Origin: Tagaea sp.
GTDB taxonomy: Bacteria > Pseudomonadota > Alphaproteobacteria > CACIAM-22H2
NCBI GenBank assembly: GCA_965279525.1
Contig: CBDIIB010000003.1
Location: 256,001-320,000, forward strand
DNA length: 64,000 nt
Direction of reading: 5' to 3'
Positions 28,481 to 37,080 of this stretch are shown here, in pieces (the first letter of the stretch is position 1; the number at the start of each line of letters is the position of its first letter). A program made the translations under genes and the position numbers. The notes beneath the pieces were generated by a model, which saw nothing but the letters and a program-made list of their open reading frames with translations, made no database searches and was not told the DNA's origin.

Positions 28481-28977
28481 TGCAACGGATCGCCGCCGCG
28501 ACGGAGTGGGCACTGCGCGCCGCGGCGGTGGTCCTTCTGCTTGGAATGCTCGGATGCGTGGTTGCCGGGGTGGTGTCGCGCCAGCTCGGCAACCCGCTGA
28601 GCTGGACGGACGAGGCGGCGCAGTACCTGCTCGTCTGGACCGGTTTCACGGGGATGGTGCTGGCGGCGCGCCGGCGCAGCCACATCCGCATCGACGTGTT
28701 CATCGACCGGCTGCCGCCGCTGTCGCGCCGGATCGCCGAAGTGATCATCCAGGCAAGCGTGATCTTCTTCGCGATCGCCTTGCTGCGCTACAGCCCGGCG
28801 CTGATCGAACGTAATCTCGATGTCGAATGGATCAGCGTGCCGCTCTCGGCGGCCTTGCTCTATATCCCGTTGCCGATCGCCGCCGCGGCACTGGTGTCCA
28901 GCGCCGTCGTGCAGCTGATCGAGGCTTTCCGTGGGCCGGTCGCGGCACCGCATGCACCCGGGGACCTGCCGCTATGA
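28480..28977 (+). CDS. dctQ: TRAP transporter small permease
   Basis: TGATG overlap; WTDEAAQYLLVW, HIRID, 4 TM segments. Confidence 0.88.
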   Translation: MQRIAAATEWALRAAAVVLLLGMLGCVVAGVVSRQLGNPLSWTDEAAQYLLVWTGFTGMVLAARRRSHIRIDVFIDRLPPLSRRIAEVIIQASVIFFAIALLRYSPALIERNLDVEWISVPLSAALLYIPLPIAAAALVSSAVVQLIEAFRGPVAAPHAPGDLPL

Positions 28978-30260
28978 TCGAGACGATGACGACGATCATG
29001 GCGGTGTGGTTCGTCGTGCTGCTGCTCGGCGTTCCGCTTTACGTGACGATGGGGCTCGCGTCCTTCGCGTTCGTCTGGATCTCGGGCGTGTCGCCCGGGA
29101 TCATCGCCCAGAAGATCGCGCAGGCGGCCAACTCGTTCCCGCTGCTTGCCGCACCGCTCTTCATCCTGATGGGTAACATCATGAACTCGGGCGGCATCAC
29201 CGAACGGATCTTCGCGTTCGCGACGGCCTGCGTGGGCTGGATGCGCGGCGGCCTTTGCCACGCCAATATCCTGGCAAGCGTGATCTTCGCCGGAATGTCG
29301 GGTTCCGCGGTTGCCGATGCCGGCGGCGTCGGCACGCTCGAGATCAAGGCGATGAAGGACGAGGGCTACGATGCCGAGACGGCGGCCGCGATCACGGCCG
29401 CGTCGGCGACGATCGGGCCGATCATCCCGCCCTCGCTGCCGATGGTGATCTACGGCGTCAGCGCCGACGTCTCGATCGGCGGGCTGTTCCTGGCCGGCGT
29501 CATTCCGGGCATCCTGATGGCGGGCGCCCTGATGGCGATGGTCACGGTCGTGGCACGCCGGCGCAACCTGCCGCGCCATCCGTTTCCCGGCCTCGGCGAC
29601 CTGTGGCGGGCCTACCGGCGCGCGCACTGGGCGCTCATGACGCCCGTCATCCTGTTCGGCGGCATGATCGGCGGCATCTTCACGCCGACCGAGGCAGCGG
29701 GCGTGGCGACGGTCTATGCGCTCGTCCTCGGCCTGTTCGTCTATCGCGAGTTCGACCTGAAGAAGCTTCCGCAGCTCATCGTCGAGACCGTCGAGACGAC
29801 GGGCGTGGTGCTGGCGCTCGTCATGGCGGCGTCGGCGATGGGCTGGTGCCTGTCGCTGTCGCGCATCCCGCAGACGGCGGGACCCGCGATCGTGGCGCTC
29901 GTCGGCGATCCGTGGGTGTTTCTCGTCGTCGTCAATGTGCTGCTGCTGATCGTCGGCTGCTTCATGGAAGCCCTGGCCGCGATGCTGATCCTGATCCCGA
30001 TCCTGTCGCCGGCGGCCGGTCAGTTCGGCATCGATCCGATCCAGTTCGGGCTTATCTTCGTGCTCAACCTGATGATCGGGACGATCACGCCGCCGGTCGG
30101 CGTCGTGTTGTTCATAACGTCGAAGATCGCCGGCGTGTCGTTCGCGGCGATGTCGCGCGCGATAATTCCATGGCTGGCGCCGCTGGTAGGCGTGCTGATC
30201 GCGATCACGTTCTGGCCGCCGCTGACGTTGTGGCTGCCGAAACTCGTCATGGGACGCTGA
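28974..30260 (+). CDS. dctM: TRAP transporter large permease
   Basis: ATGA overlap; LLAAPLFILMG, SGSAVAD, GPIIPPS, FTPTEA, ITPPVG. Confidence 0.92.
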   Translation: MIETMTTIMAVWFVVLLLGVPLYVTMGLASFAFVWISGVSPGIIAQKIAQAANSFPLLAAPLFILMGNIMNSGGITERIFAFATACVGWMRGGLCHANILASVIFAGMSGSAVADAGGVGTLEIKAMKDEGYDAETAAAITAASATIGPIIPPSLPMVIYGVSADVSIGGLFLAGVIPGILMAGALMAMVTVVARRRNLPRHPFPGLGDLWRAYRRAHWALMTPVILFGGMIGGIFTPTEAAGVATVYALVLGLFVYREFDLKKLPQLIVETVETTGVVLALVMAASAMGWCLSLSRIPQTAGPAIVALVGDPWVFLVVVNVLLLIVGCFMEALAAMLILIPILSPAAGQFGIDPIQFGLIFVLNLMIGTITPPVGVVLFITSKIAGVSFAAMSRAIIPWLAPLVGVLIAITFWPPLTLWLPKLVMGR

Positions 30261-30266
30261 GGCCGT

Positions 30267-30584
30267 TCAGGCGGCGATGTCGATAAGCTGGCCGCGGCCG
30301 GAATCGGACGGCGGGGGCGGGAAGTTGTTGCGCGAGAACCCGCCGCTGTAGCCGCCGCCAGACCCGCCGCGTCCGCCGGCACCGCTGCTCGAATCGCCGC
30401 CGGCCGTCGCGGTGATGCCGGATGCGGTCTGCGTGGGGGCGCCGGCCGCGTTGGGGTCGGTCGAGTTCGCCTCGGGCGAAAGCAGGTCGAGATTGGGATC
30501 GGGCCGCCGGCCGACCTCGTTGCCGCCCATCATGTCGGCGAGGCTTCCGTAGCTGTCCAGACCGTTGAGCAGGCTTACCGACAT
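30267..30584 (-). CDS. Small Gly/Ser-rich, probably disordered hypothetical protein ending RGQLIDIAA
   Basis: AAAGGA RBS, GC3-biased codons, convergent with dctM. Confidence 0.65.
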   Translation of the reverse strand: MSVSLLNGLDSYGSLADMMGGNEVGRRPDPNLDLLSPEANSTDPNAAGAPTQTASGITATAGGDSSSGAGGRGGSGGGYSGGFSRNNFPPPPSDSGRGQLIDIAA

Positions 30585-30755
30585 GGCGGGGCGATCCTTT
30601 GCGATGTTCGACGAAGCGATTTTCGCAAAGGCGCCTTACCAAGGCCTGAAGAAACCGGCCGCATTTTAGTCAATAGTCATTTGGAATCTCCGGCGTTCCC
30701 GCACGCGGCAACGCCGTAAATACTGGAACAGAATCGATTCGTGGCGCGCCATGCG

Positions 30756-30792
30756 CGTCCGGCATCCGTGGCATGCGCACGAACGCCGGACG
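30756..30792 (-). terminator. 15 bp RNA stem-loop downstream of the minus-strand DHDPS-family gene (no U-tract)
   Basis: Minus strand CGTCCGGCGTTCGTG-N7-CACGGATGCCGGACG pairs fully with two G-U pairs; the same positions are A-C mismatches on the plus strand. Confidence 0.5.
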
Positions 30793-30837
30793 ATTATTTC
30801 AGATACCTAAAATGCCGATAAAAGCCCTCGAATATCT

Positions 30838-31767
30838 TCAGGCGGCAGAGCCCGCGCGCTTCTCCGGCAGCACGTTCCAGCTCCGCAGGATCCCGATCAG
30901 CGTCGTGCGGTCGGCAGGATCGAGGGCGGGCAGTCCCGGCAGGCGGACCGGGCCGACGGTGAAGCCGAGTTCGCCCATCGCTTCCTTGACGACGGTGACG
31001 TTGGCGCCGTTGCCGTAGCGCGTGCGCAGCGTCTCGAACACGGCGATCGTGTCGACGAGCTCGCGCACCTTGGCAAGGTTGCCGCTTTCGAGCGCCGCGT
31101 GGATCGCCAGCGAACGCGCCGGATCGACATTGACGAGACCGGACGTGAAGCCGCGCGCACCTGCGGCGTAGAACGGCCCGGCCCAGCCCTCGGCAAGCCC
31201 GCAAACCCAAAGGGCGGTCTTCGCGTCGCTGGCACGCACGCATTCGGACAGCATCATCAGGTTGGTCGTCGCGAACTTCACGCCCGCGACATTGGGATGG
31301 TTGGCGATGCCCATCAGGTCCTTGAGGCTCATCGCGTCGGAGCGCACATAGGCGACGAGCGGCAGGTCGACCTTTTCAGCGATCTCGCGGAAATAGGCGG
31401 CCTGCGCCTGGGGTGCGGCGAACGGGTCGAGCGGCTGATGCGCCATCACGGCGTCGGCGCCGCCGGCCTTGGCGCGCTTGCCGAGCGCGATCGCCTCGAC
31501 GAGCGAGCGGCCGATGGCGGCTGTCACCTTGCTGCGCCCGGCATTGGCGGCGATCGCGCGGTCGTGGACGAATTTCACTTCGTCCGGCGTCAGCGCGTAG
31601 AACTCGCCGGTGTTGCCGGCCGAAACGATGTTGTGGATGCCGGCGGCGGCGATCCGGTCGATGACGCGGTCGAGCGTGGCGCCGTCGGGTGCCCCGTCCT
31701 TGCCGTAGGGCACGATGTGCACGCCGGAGATTCCGGTCAGGGCCTTGCGCATCTTCTCGATCGTCAT
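30838..31767 (-). CDS. DHDPS family enzyme (5-dehydro-4-deoxyglucarate dehydratase-like)
   Basis: GNTGEFYAL, VAYVR, GVKFA; GGAGG RBS; near a glucarate dehydratase-like gene. Confidence 0.8.
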   Translation of the reverse strand: MTIEKMRKALTGISGVHIVPYGKDGAPDGATLDRVIDRIAAAGIHNIVSAGNTGEFYALTPDEVKFVHDRAIAANAGRSKVTAAIGRSLVEAIALGKRAKAGGADAVMAHQPLDPFAAPQAQAAYFREIAEKVDLPLVAYVRSDAMSLKDLMGIANHPNVAGVKFATTNLMMLSECVRASDAKTALWVCGLAEGWAGPFYAAGARGFTSGLVNVDPARSLAIHAALESGNLAKVRELVDTIAVFETLRTRYGNGANVTVVKEAMGELGFTVGPVRLPGLPALDPADRTTLIGILRSWNVLPEKRAGSAA

Positions 31768-31838
31768 TGTGTCCTCCAGTTTGTCCTGATTTCGCGCTAT
31801 ACCGGCGCGTTGTTCGTATTTTCGCCAAGGATAACCAC

Positions 31839-32720
31839 ATGCGCATCGAGACGCCAAAGGTCGAATCGCTGATCGACGTTCCCCTCGGGACCGGCGAAGG
31901 TCCGTGCTGGGACGCAGGCTCCGGCATGCTCTATTTCGTCGATATCCCGGCACCCGCACTCTACCGCCTCGACCCGCGCACGAAGCGCCTCGACCGTTTC
32001 GAGATGCCCGGCACCATCGGCAGCTTCGGACTGACCGCGGACGGGCGCGCCATCGTGGCGCTGCGCCACGGCGTGCATCTGTTCGACATGCGCACCGGAA
32101 AGTTCGAGTTCCTCGTCCATCCGGAGCCGGAGCCCGCGACCAACCGCCTGAACGACGGCAAGGTCGGCCCCGACGGACGCTTCTGGGTCGGCTCGATGGA
32201 TGATCGTCCCGAAAAGCAGCCGGTCGCCAACCTTTACCGGATCGATCCCGACGGAAAGTCGACCCGCATGTTCGAAGGGTCGACCGTGTCGAACGGACTG
32301 GCGTGGAGCCCGGACGGGCGCACGCTCTACCATTCCGACAGCCGTCAGCGCTTCCTGCAGGCCTTCGACTACGACCTGGCCAGCGGCAACATCGCCAACC
32401 GCCGCACGGTCCGGACCTTCACCGAAGAAGAGGGCCGCCCGGACGGGGCTGCCGTCGACAGTGAAGGCTATTACTGGAGCTCGGGCGTGTCGGCCGGCTG
32501 CCTCAACCGCGTTGCGCCGGACGGAACGATCGAACGCAAGATCATGCTGCCGCTCGCGGCCCCGACGATGCCGTGCTTCGGCGGCGACGATCTCAAGACG
32601 CTGTTCGTCACGTCGCTGACCAGCGACCGGCTCGGCCCCAAGCAGGCCGGCACGCTGGTGTCGTTGCGCGTCGACGTCGCGGGCGCACCCGTCGGGCGTT
32701 TCGGCGCGACGCATCAGTAG
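31839..32720 (+). CDS. SMP-30/gluconolactonase/LRE family lactonase
   Basis: GEGPCWD, RLNDGKVGPDGRFWVGSM, SNGLAWSPD, PDGAAVD. Confidence 0.92.
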   Translation: MRIETPKVESLIDVPLGTGEGPCWDAGSGMLYFVDIPAPALYRLDPRTKRLDRFEMPGTIGSFGLTADGRAIVALRHGVHLFDMRTGKFEFLVHPEPEPATNRLNDGKVGPDGRFWVGSMDDRPEKQPVANLYRIDPDGKSTRMFEGSTVSNGLAWSPDGRTLYHSDSRQRFLQAFDYDLASGNIANRRTVRTFTEEEGRPDGAAVDSEGYYWSSGVSAGCLNRVAPDGTIERKIMLPLAAPTMPCFGGDDLKTLFVTSLTSDRLGPKQAGTLVSLRVDVAGAPVGRFGATHQ

Positions 32721-34021
32721 CGCGGCCTGTCCGAGTTCCAGTCCGGCCGGTACTTGCGCATCTCCTTGGCGTCGTCGCGTTTGCGGATGCCGCAGTCGAG
32801 ATACTGCTTGTGCAGGATCGCCAGCGCCGCACGGTCGAGGCGCACGCCAAGGCCGGGGCCGGGCGGCGGGGCCAGCGAGCCGCCTTCGAACCTGAAGATC
32901 GACCGCCCACCTTCGACGACTTCTTCGACCTGCCACGGATAGTGTGTGTCGCAGGCATAGGCGAGGTTGGGGATCGTCACGCCGACATGCGTCATCGCGG
33001 CAAGGCTGATGCCGAGATGCGAGTTGGAGTGCATCGAGATGCCGAGCCCGAACGTGCGTCCATAGTGCGCGAGCGTCTGCGTGGCGCGCAGGCCGCCCCA
33101 GTAGTGATGGTCGGTAAGGATCACCTGCATGGCGCCCAGGCGCACGGTCTTCGGGATATGGCCGAAGGCGACCGTCACCATGTTGGTGGCGAGCGGCAGC
33201 GTCGAGAATTTCGCGACCTCGCCCGCCTCGTCGAGGCTGTTGACCGGATCTTCCAGATATTCGAGCAGGCCTTCGAACTGCGGCATCAGGCGACGCGTCG
33301 TTTCGACCGACCAGCCGCCGTTGGGATCGATGCGCAGCGGATAGCCGGGGAACGCCTTGGCGATGGCGCGCAGCGTGTCGATCTCGAACTCCGGCTCGAA
33401 CACGCCAGCCTTCAGCTTGATCGAGCGGAAGCCGTATTCCCCGACCATTCGGCGGGTCTGCTCGACCATCTGCGCGTGGGTGAGTGCTTCGCCCCAGTCG
33501 TCGGGCGGATAGCCGGGGTCGTCCTTGTGCTGCTTGAACTTGTAGAAGAGGTAGGCGCTGTACGCGACCCGGTCGCGCACCGCGCCGCCGAGGATCTCGA
33601 AGAGGGGGCGATCGGCGATCTGTCCCTGCAGGTCGAGAAACGCGACCTCGAAGGCGCCGATGGCGCTCGCCAGTGCCTTGTCGCCGGCGTGCGGGAAATC
33701 CTGGCCGGCGAAGGGTGTGCCGGTGACGGCCTCGTATACCCTTGCCGTCAATCCGTTGAGGTCGAACGGATCGAGGCCGACCAGCCGGGGCTTCGCCTTG
33801 GCGAGATTGCCGAGCGTCTCGAGATCGCCGTAGCTTTCGCCAAGGCCGATCCGCCCGTCGTCGGTCTCGATCTCGATGATCGAGCGCAGCGCCCACGGTT
33901 CGTGCACGCCGACGACGTTGAGCAGCGGCGGATCGCGGAACGCGATGGGCGTGACGCGGACATCGTCAATTCTCGGGCGGCGCGAAACTGTCGCGGCAGC
34001 CTCGACGGTCGGACGCTTCAT
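32714..34021 (-). CDS. Glucarate dehydratase-family enolase
   Basis: DPPLLNVVGVH, SAYLFYK, KLKAG (KxK), RIDPNG, YLEDP, ATNM, MHSNSH, CDTHYPWQ. Confidence 0.85.
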   Translation of the reverse strand: MKRPTVEAAATVSRRPRIDDVRVTPIAFRDPPLLNVVGVHEPWALRSIIEIETDDGRIGLGESYGDLETLGNLAKAKPRLVGLDPFDLNGLTARVYEAVTGTPFAGQDFPHAGDKALASAIGAFEVAFLDLQGQIADRPLFEILGGAVRDRVAYSAYLFYKFKQHKDDPGYPPDDWGEALTHAQMVEQTRRMVGEYGFRSIKLKAGVFEPEFEIDTLRAIAKAFPGYPLRIDPNGGWSVETTRRLMPQFEGLLEYLEDPVNSLDEAGEVAKFSTLPLATNMVTVAFGHIPKTVRLGAMQVILTDHHYWGGLRATQTLAHYGRTFGLGISMHSNSHLGISLAAMTHVGVTIPNLAYACDTHYPWQVEEVVEGGRSIFRFEGGSLAPPPGPGLGVRLDRAALAILHKQYLDCGIRKRDDAKEMRKYRPDWNSDRPRY

Positions 34022-34077
34022 GGTGCTTCCCCCTCGGACGGCGGCAAGGATAGCGGCCCTTCAAGTACAGGAAAAGA

Positions 34078-34091
34078 ACTAATATATTAGT
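34078..34091. promoter_or_regulatory. Perfect 14 bp palindrome ACTAATATATTAGT, GntR operator
   Basis: In the divergent gap between dehydratase and gntR; repeated at 34924. Confidence 0.75.
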
Positions 34092-34127
34092 GCGTGACAA
34101 TCCGGAATAATCGGCTACCCTTGCGCC

Positions 34128-34928
34128 ATGAAGAAGCAGACCGCGTTAGCGGCGCCGACGAAGGGGAGAGCAGCCGGCAGGTCCGGCCGCGTGCGGCGCG
34201 TGAACGGCCGCTCGCTCGAGCGGGGCCGTCTGGCCGCGATCCAGGTTTTCGACCAGCTGCGCGACATGATCCTTTCGCTGATCCTGGCGCCCGGTGCAGT
34301 CTTGTCGCGCGTGGCGCTTGCGCGACAGTTCGGCGTCAGCCAGACGCCTGTGCGCGACGCGCTGATGCGCCTTTCCGCCGAGGGCCTGGTCGAGGTCTTT
34401 CCGCAGCACGCGACCGTCGTCAGCCTGATCGACCTGACGGCCGCGCGCCAGGCCCATTTCCTGCGCCGATCGATGGAGCTCGAGGTCGTGCGGGCGCTGG
34501 CCATCGAGCATAAACCCGAGACGGTCGCCCAGCTGCGCGACAGCATAGAAGGCCAGCGCGCCTGCGCCCGGCGGGAGGATCTGAAGGGCTTTTCCGATGC
34601 CGACCGGGCGTTCCACCGCGTCATGTACGAGGCCGCAGGCGTCCCCGACATGTGGCTGCTGATGCACCGGCATTGCGGCCAGCTCGACAGGCTGCGCCGT
34701 CTCAACCTTCCCGACCTTTGCAAGATCGAGACGGTGCTTGCCGACCATACGGCGATCGTCGATGCGATCGCCGACCGGCAGCCCGAACTTGCCCAGGCGT
34801 TCCTGCGCAAGCACCTCTCCGGCACGCTCGCCAACATCGAGGCGCTGAGCGCCCGCTTTCCGAAGTACATGCGCAGTTCCGAGCCGGCACGGCCGGCGGA
34901 GGGCCCCGCAGCCGGGTTGACACTCTGA
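34128..34928 (+). CDS. GntR family (FCD) transcriptional regulator
   Basis: LARQFGVSQTPVRDALMRL, FPQHAT, DRAFH, DHTAIVDAI. Confidence 0.92.
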   Translation: MKKQTALAAPTKGRAAGRSGRVRRVNGRSLERGRLAAIQVFDQLRDMILSLILAPGAVLSRVALARQFGVSQTPVRDALMRLSAEGLVEVFPQHATVVSLIDLTAARQAHFLRRSMELEVVRALAIEHKPETVAQLRDSIEGQRACARREDLKGFSDADRAFHRVMYEAAGVPDMWLLMHRHCGQLDRLRRLNLPDLCKIETVLADHTAIVDAIADRQPELAQAFLRKHLSGTLANIEALSARFPKYMRSSEPARPAEGPAAGLTL

Positions 34929-34941
34929 TATATTAGTGCGT
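34924..34941. promoter_or_regulatory. Second operator copy TCTGATATATTAGT(GCGT) overlapping gntR stop codon
   Basis: ATATATTAGTGCGT is identical at 34082-34095 and 34928-34941; lies upstream of the ABC operon. Confidence 0.7.
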
Positions 34942-35027
34942 AAATCCTGTCGACGATGGGGGACCCGGACCAACCGGGCCCGCATCGACGAAATCGCCGC
35001 CAGACGGCCAAAGAAGAGGGGGAAACG

Positions 35028-36992
35028 ATGACCGACAGCAAGAACCAGATTTCCGATCGTATCGACGCCGTCGACCGGCGAACACTGCTGCAGGGCATCG
35101 CAGGTGCCGCGGCGATCGCGGCGGCTCCGTCGTTCGCGTTCGCGCAAGGCGCGCCGAAGGAAGCCCCCGAACTCGCCAAGCTCGTCGCCGAAGGCAAGCT
35201 GCCGCCGCTCGCCCAGCGCCTGCCGGCGTCGCCGTCGGTCATCCAGCCGCACGAGACGGTCGGCCGCTACGGCGGCACGCTGCGCCGCGGCCTGCGCGGT
35301 TCGAGCGACCACAACGGCATCCTGCGCATGGTCGGCAACCAGGGCCTCGTGCGCTGGAACCTTGCCTTCACCGAAGTGCTGCCCAACGTGGCCGAGCGCT
35401 GGGAAGTCAACCCGACCGCGACCGAGTTCACGTTCCACCTGCGCGCCGGCATGAAATGGTCGGACGGCAAGCCCTTCGGCGCCGACGACGTCGTCTTCGC
35501 GATCGAGGACTGCACGAAGAACTCCGAACTCTACCGTTCGGTCCCGTCGGTGCTGACGATCGGCGGCAAGCCGGCCGTCGTCACGAAGGTGAGCGACACG
35601 GCCGTCAAGTTCACGTTCGCCGCCCCCTACGCGATGTTCCTCGAGAACCTTGCGACACCGCTGGGCCAGCATCCCACGCTGTTCCCGAAGCACTATTGCA
35701 GCCAGTTCCATCCCAAGTACAACGCGGGCCTCGACGCGCAGGTCAAGGCGGCCAACATGTCCGACTGGCCCACGCTGTTCCGCGCGCGTTGCGGCGACAT
35801 CGAGATCCCGTCGCGCTGGGGCAATGCCGACAAGCCGACGATCGATCCCTGGATCATCGCCGAGGCCTATACGGGCGGTGCCACGCGCGTCGTGATGAAG
35901 CGCAATCCGTATTTCTGGCAGGTCGACACGCAGGGCGCGCAGCTCCCCTACGTCGACCAGATCACGATGAACATCTCGCAGGACGTCGAATCGCTGATGC
36001 TCGACACGATCTCGGGCCGTATCGACATCCAGGACCGCCACATCGACTCGCTGCAGAACAAGCCGACGCTCTCGCAGAACATGCAGCGCGGCGGCTACCG
36101 CCTGGTCGAGCTGGTCGCCTCGGGCGCCCAGCAGTGCCAGATCTACCTGAACATGACGCACAAAGACCCGAAGATGCGCGAGATGTTCGCCAACAAGGAG
36201 TTCCGCCAGGCGCTCTCGCTGGGCATCGACCGCAAGGAGATCATCGACCTGGTCTATCTCGGCCAGTCGGAGCCTTACCAGACCGGTCCGCGTCCGGGCC
36301 ATCCCTGGTACCATGAGAAACTTTCGCGCCAGTTCACGTCGCACGATGCCAAGGAAGCCAACGCGATCCTCGACCGTCTCGGCTACAGCCGCCGCGGCTC
36401 GGACGGCATCCGCCTGCGGCCCGACGGCCAGAAGGTGTTCTTCTCGATCGACGTGATCCCGACGCTGTACCCCGACGCGGTCGACACGCTCGAACTCGTC
36501 AAGCGTCACTGGGCGGCGATCGGCGTGGACATGAAGGTCAACACGATCGAACGCGCGCTCTACTACACGCGTGGCGACAACAACGACCACGATGCGGCGA
36601 CGTGGCCGGGTCCGGGCGGGCTCGACCCGATCCTCGATCCGCGCGACTATCTTGCCCAGCATCCGCAGGGCTCGCGCTACGCGATCCCGTGGACGCAGTG
36701 GTACGTGTCCGGCGGCAAGGAAGGGCAGGAACCGCCCGAAAGCCAGAAGCGCCGCATGAAGCTGTTCGACGACGCGCGCGCCACGCCGGACCTCGCCAAG
36801 CGCGGGGCCTTCGTCAAGGAGATCATGGACCTCGCGGCCGACGCCTTCGAGACGATCGGCGTCTGCCTTGCGGTCAACTCCTTCGGCATCGCGAAGAACA
36901 ACCTGAAGAACGTGCCCGCGAAGATGCCCAACGCGTGGAGCTGGCCGAACCCCGGGCCGTCGCTGCCGCAGCAGTTCTTCTTCACGTCCTGA
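35028..36992 (+). CDS. Family 5 (Opp/Dpp-type) ABC substrate-binding protein, probably carbohydrate-binding (AgpA-like), Tat signal
   Basis: DRRTLL, EAPELAKLVAEGKLPPLAQRLP, GRYGG, LRAGMKWSDGKPF, RNPYFWQVDTQGAQLPYVD. Confidence 0.88.
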   Translation: MTDSKNQISDRIDAVDRRTLLQGIAGAAAIAAAPSFAFAQGAPKEAPELAKLVAEGKLPPLAQRLPASPSVIQPHETVGRYGGTLRRGLRGSSDHNGILRMVGNQGLVRWNLAFTEVLPNVAERWEVNPTATEFTFHLRAGMKWSDGKPFGADDVVFAIEDCTKNSELYRSVPSVLTIGGKPAVVTKVSDTAVKFTFAAPYAMFLENLATPLGQHPTLFPKHYCSQFHPKYNAGLDAQVKAANMSDWPTLFRARCGDIEIPSRWGNADKPTIDPWIIAEAYTGGATRVVMKRNPYFWQVDTQGAQLPYVDQITMNISQDVESLMLDTISGRIDIQDRHIDSLQNKPTLSQNMQRGGYRLVELVASGAQQCQIYLNMTHKDPKMREMFANKEFRQALSLGIDRKEIIDLVYLGQSEPYQTGPRPGHPWYHEKLSRQFTSHDAKEANAILDRLGYSRRGSDGIRLRPDGQKVFFSIDVIPTLYPDAVDTLELVKRHWAAIGVDMKVNTIERALYYTRGDNNDHDAATWPGPGGLDPILDPRDYLAQHPQGSRYAIPWTQWYVSGGKEGQEPPESQKRRMKLFDDARATPDLAKRGAFVKEIMDLAADAFETIGVCLAVNSFGIAKNNLKNVPAKMPNAWSWPNPGPSLPQQFFFTS

Positions 36993-37002
36993 CCGACTGA
37001 CG

Positions 37003-37046
37003 GACGGCCGGTGTCCCTTGCGGGGGACGCCGGCCGTCGCCTTTTC
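37003..37046 (+). terminator. Intercistronic 15 bp stem-loop with short U-run after SBP gene
   Basis: GACGGCCGGTGTCCC-N6-GGGACGCCGGCCGTC followed by GCCTTTT. Confidence 0.65.
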
Positions 37047-37080
37047 CGCCCATCGCCACAGCGCTCCCGGTTTGCACGAC

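Noticed and set aside
30808-30821. Sigma-28-like TAAA / GCCGATAA near the small motility-like gene
   Set aside because: Spacing is 2 bp instead of about 15 and orientation is opposite to the small gene
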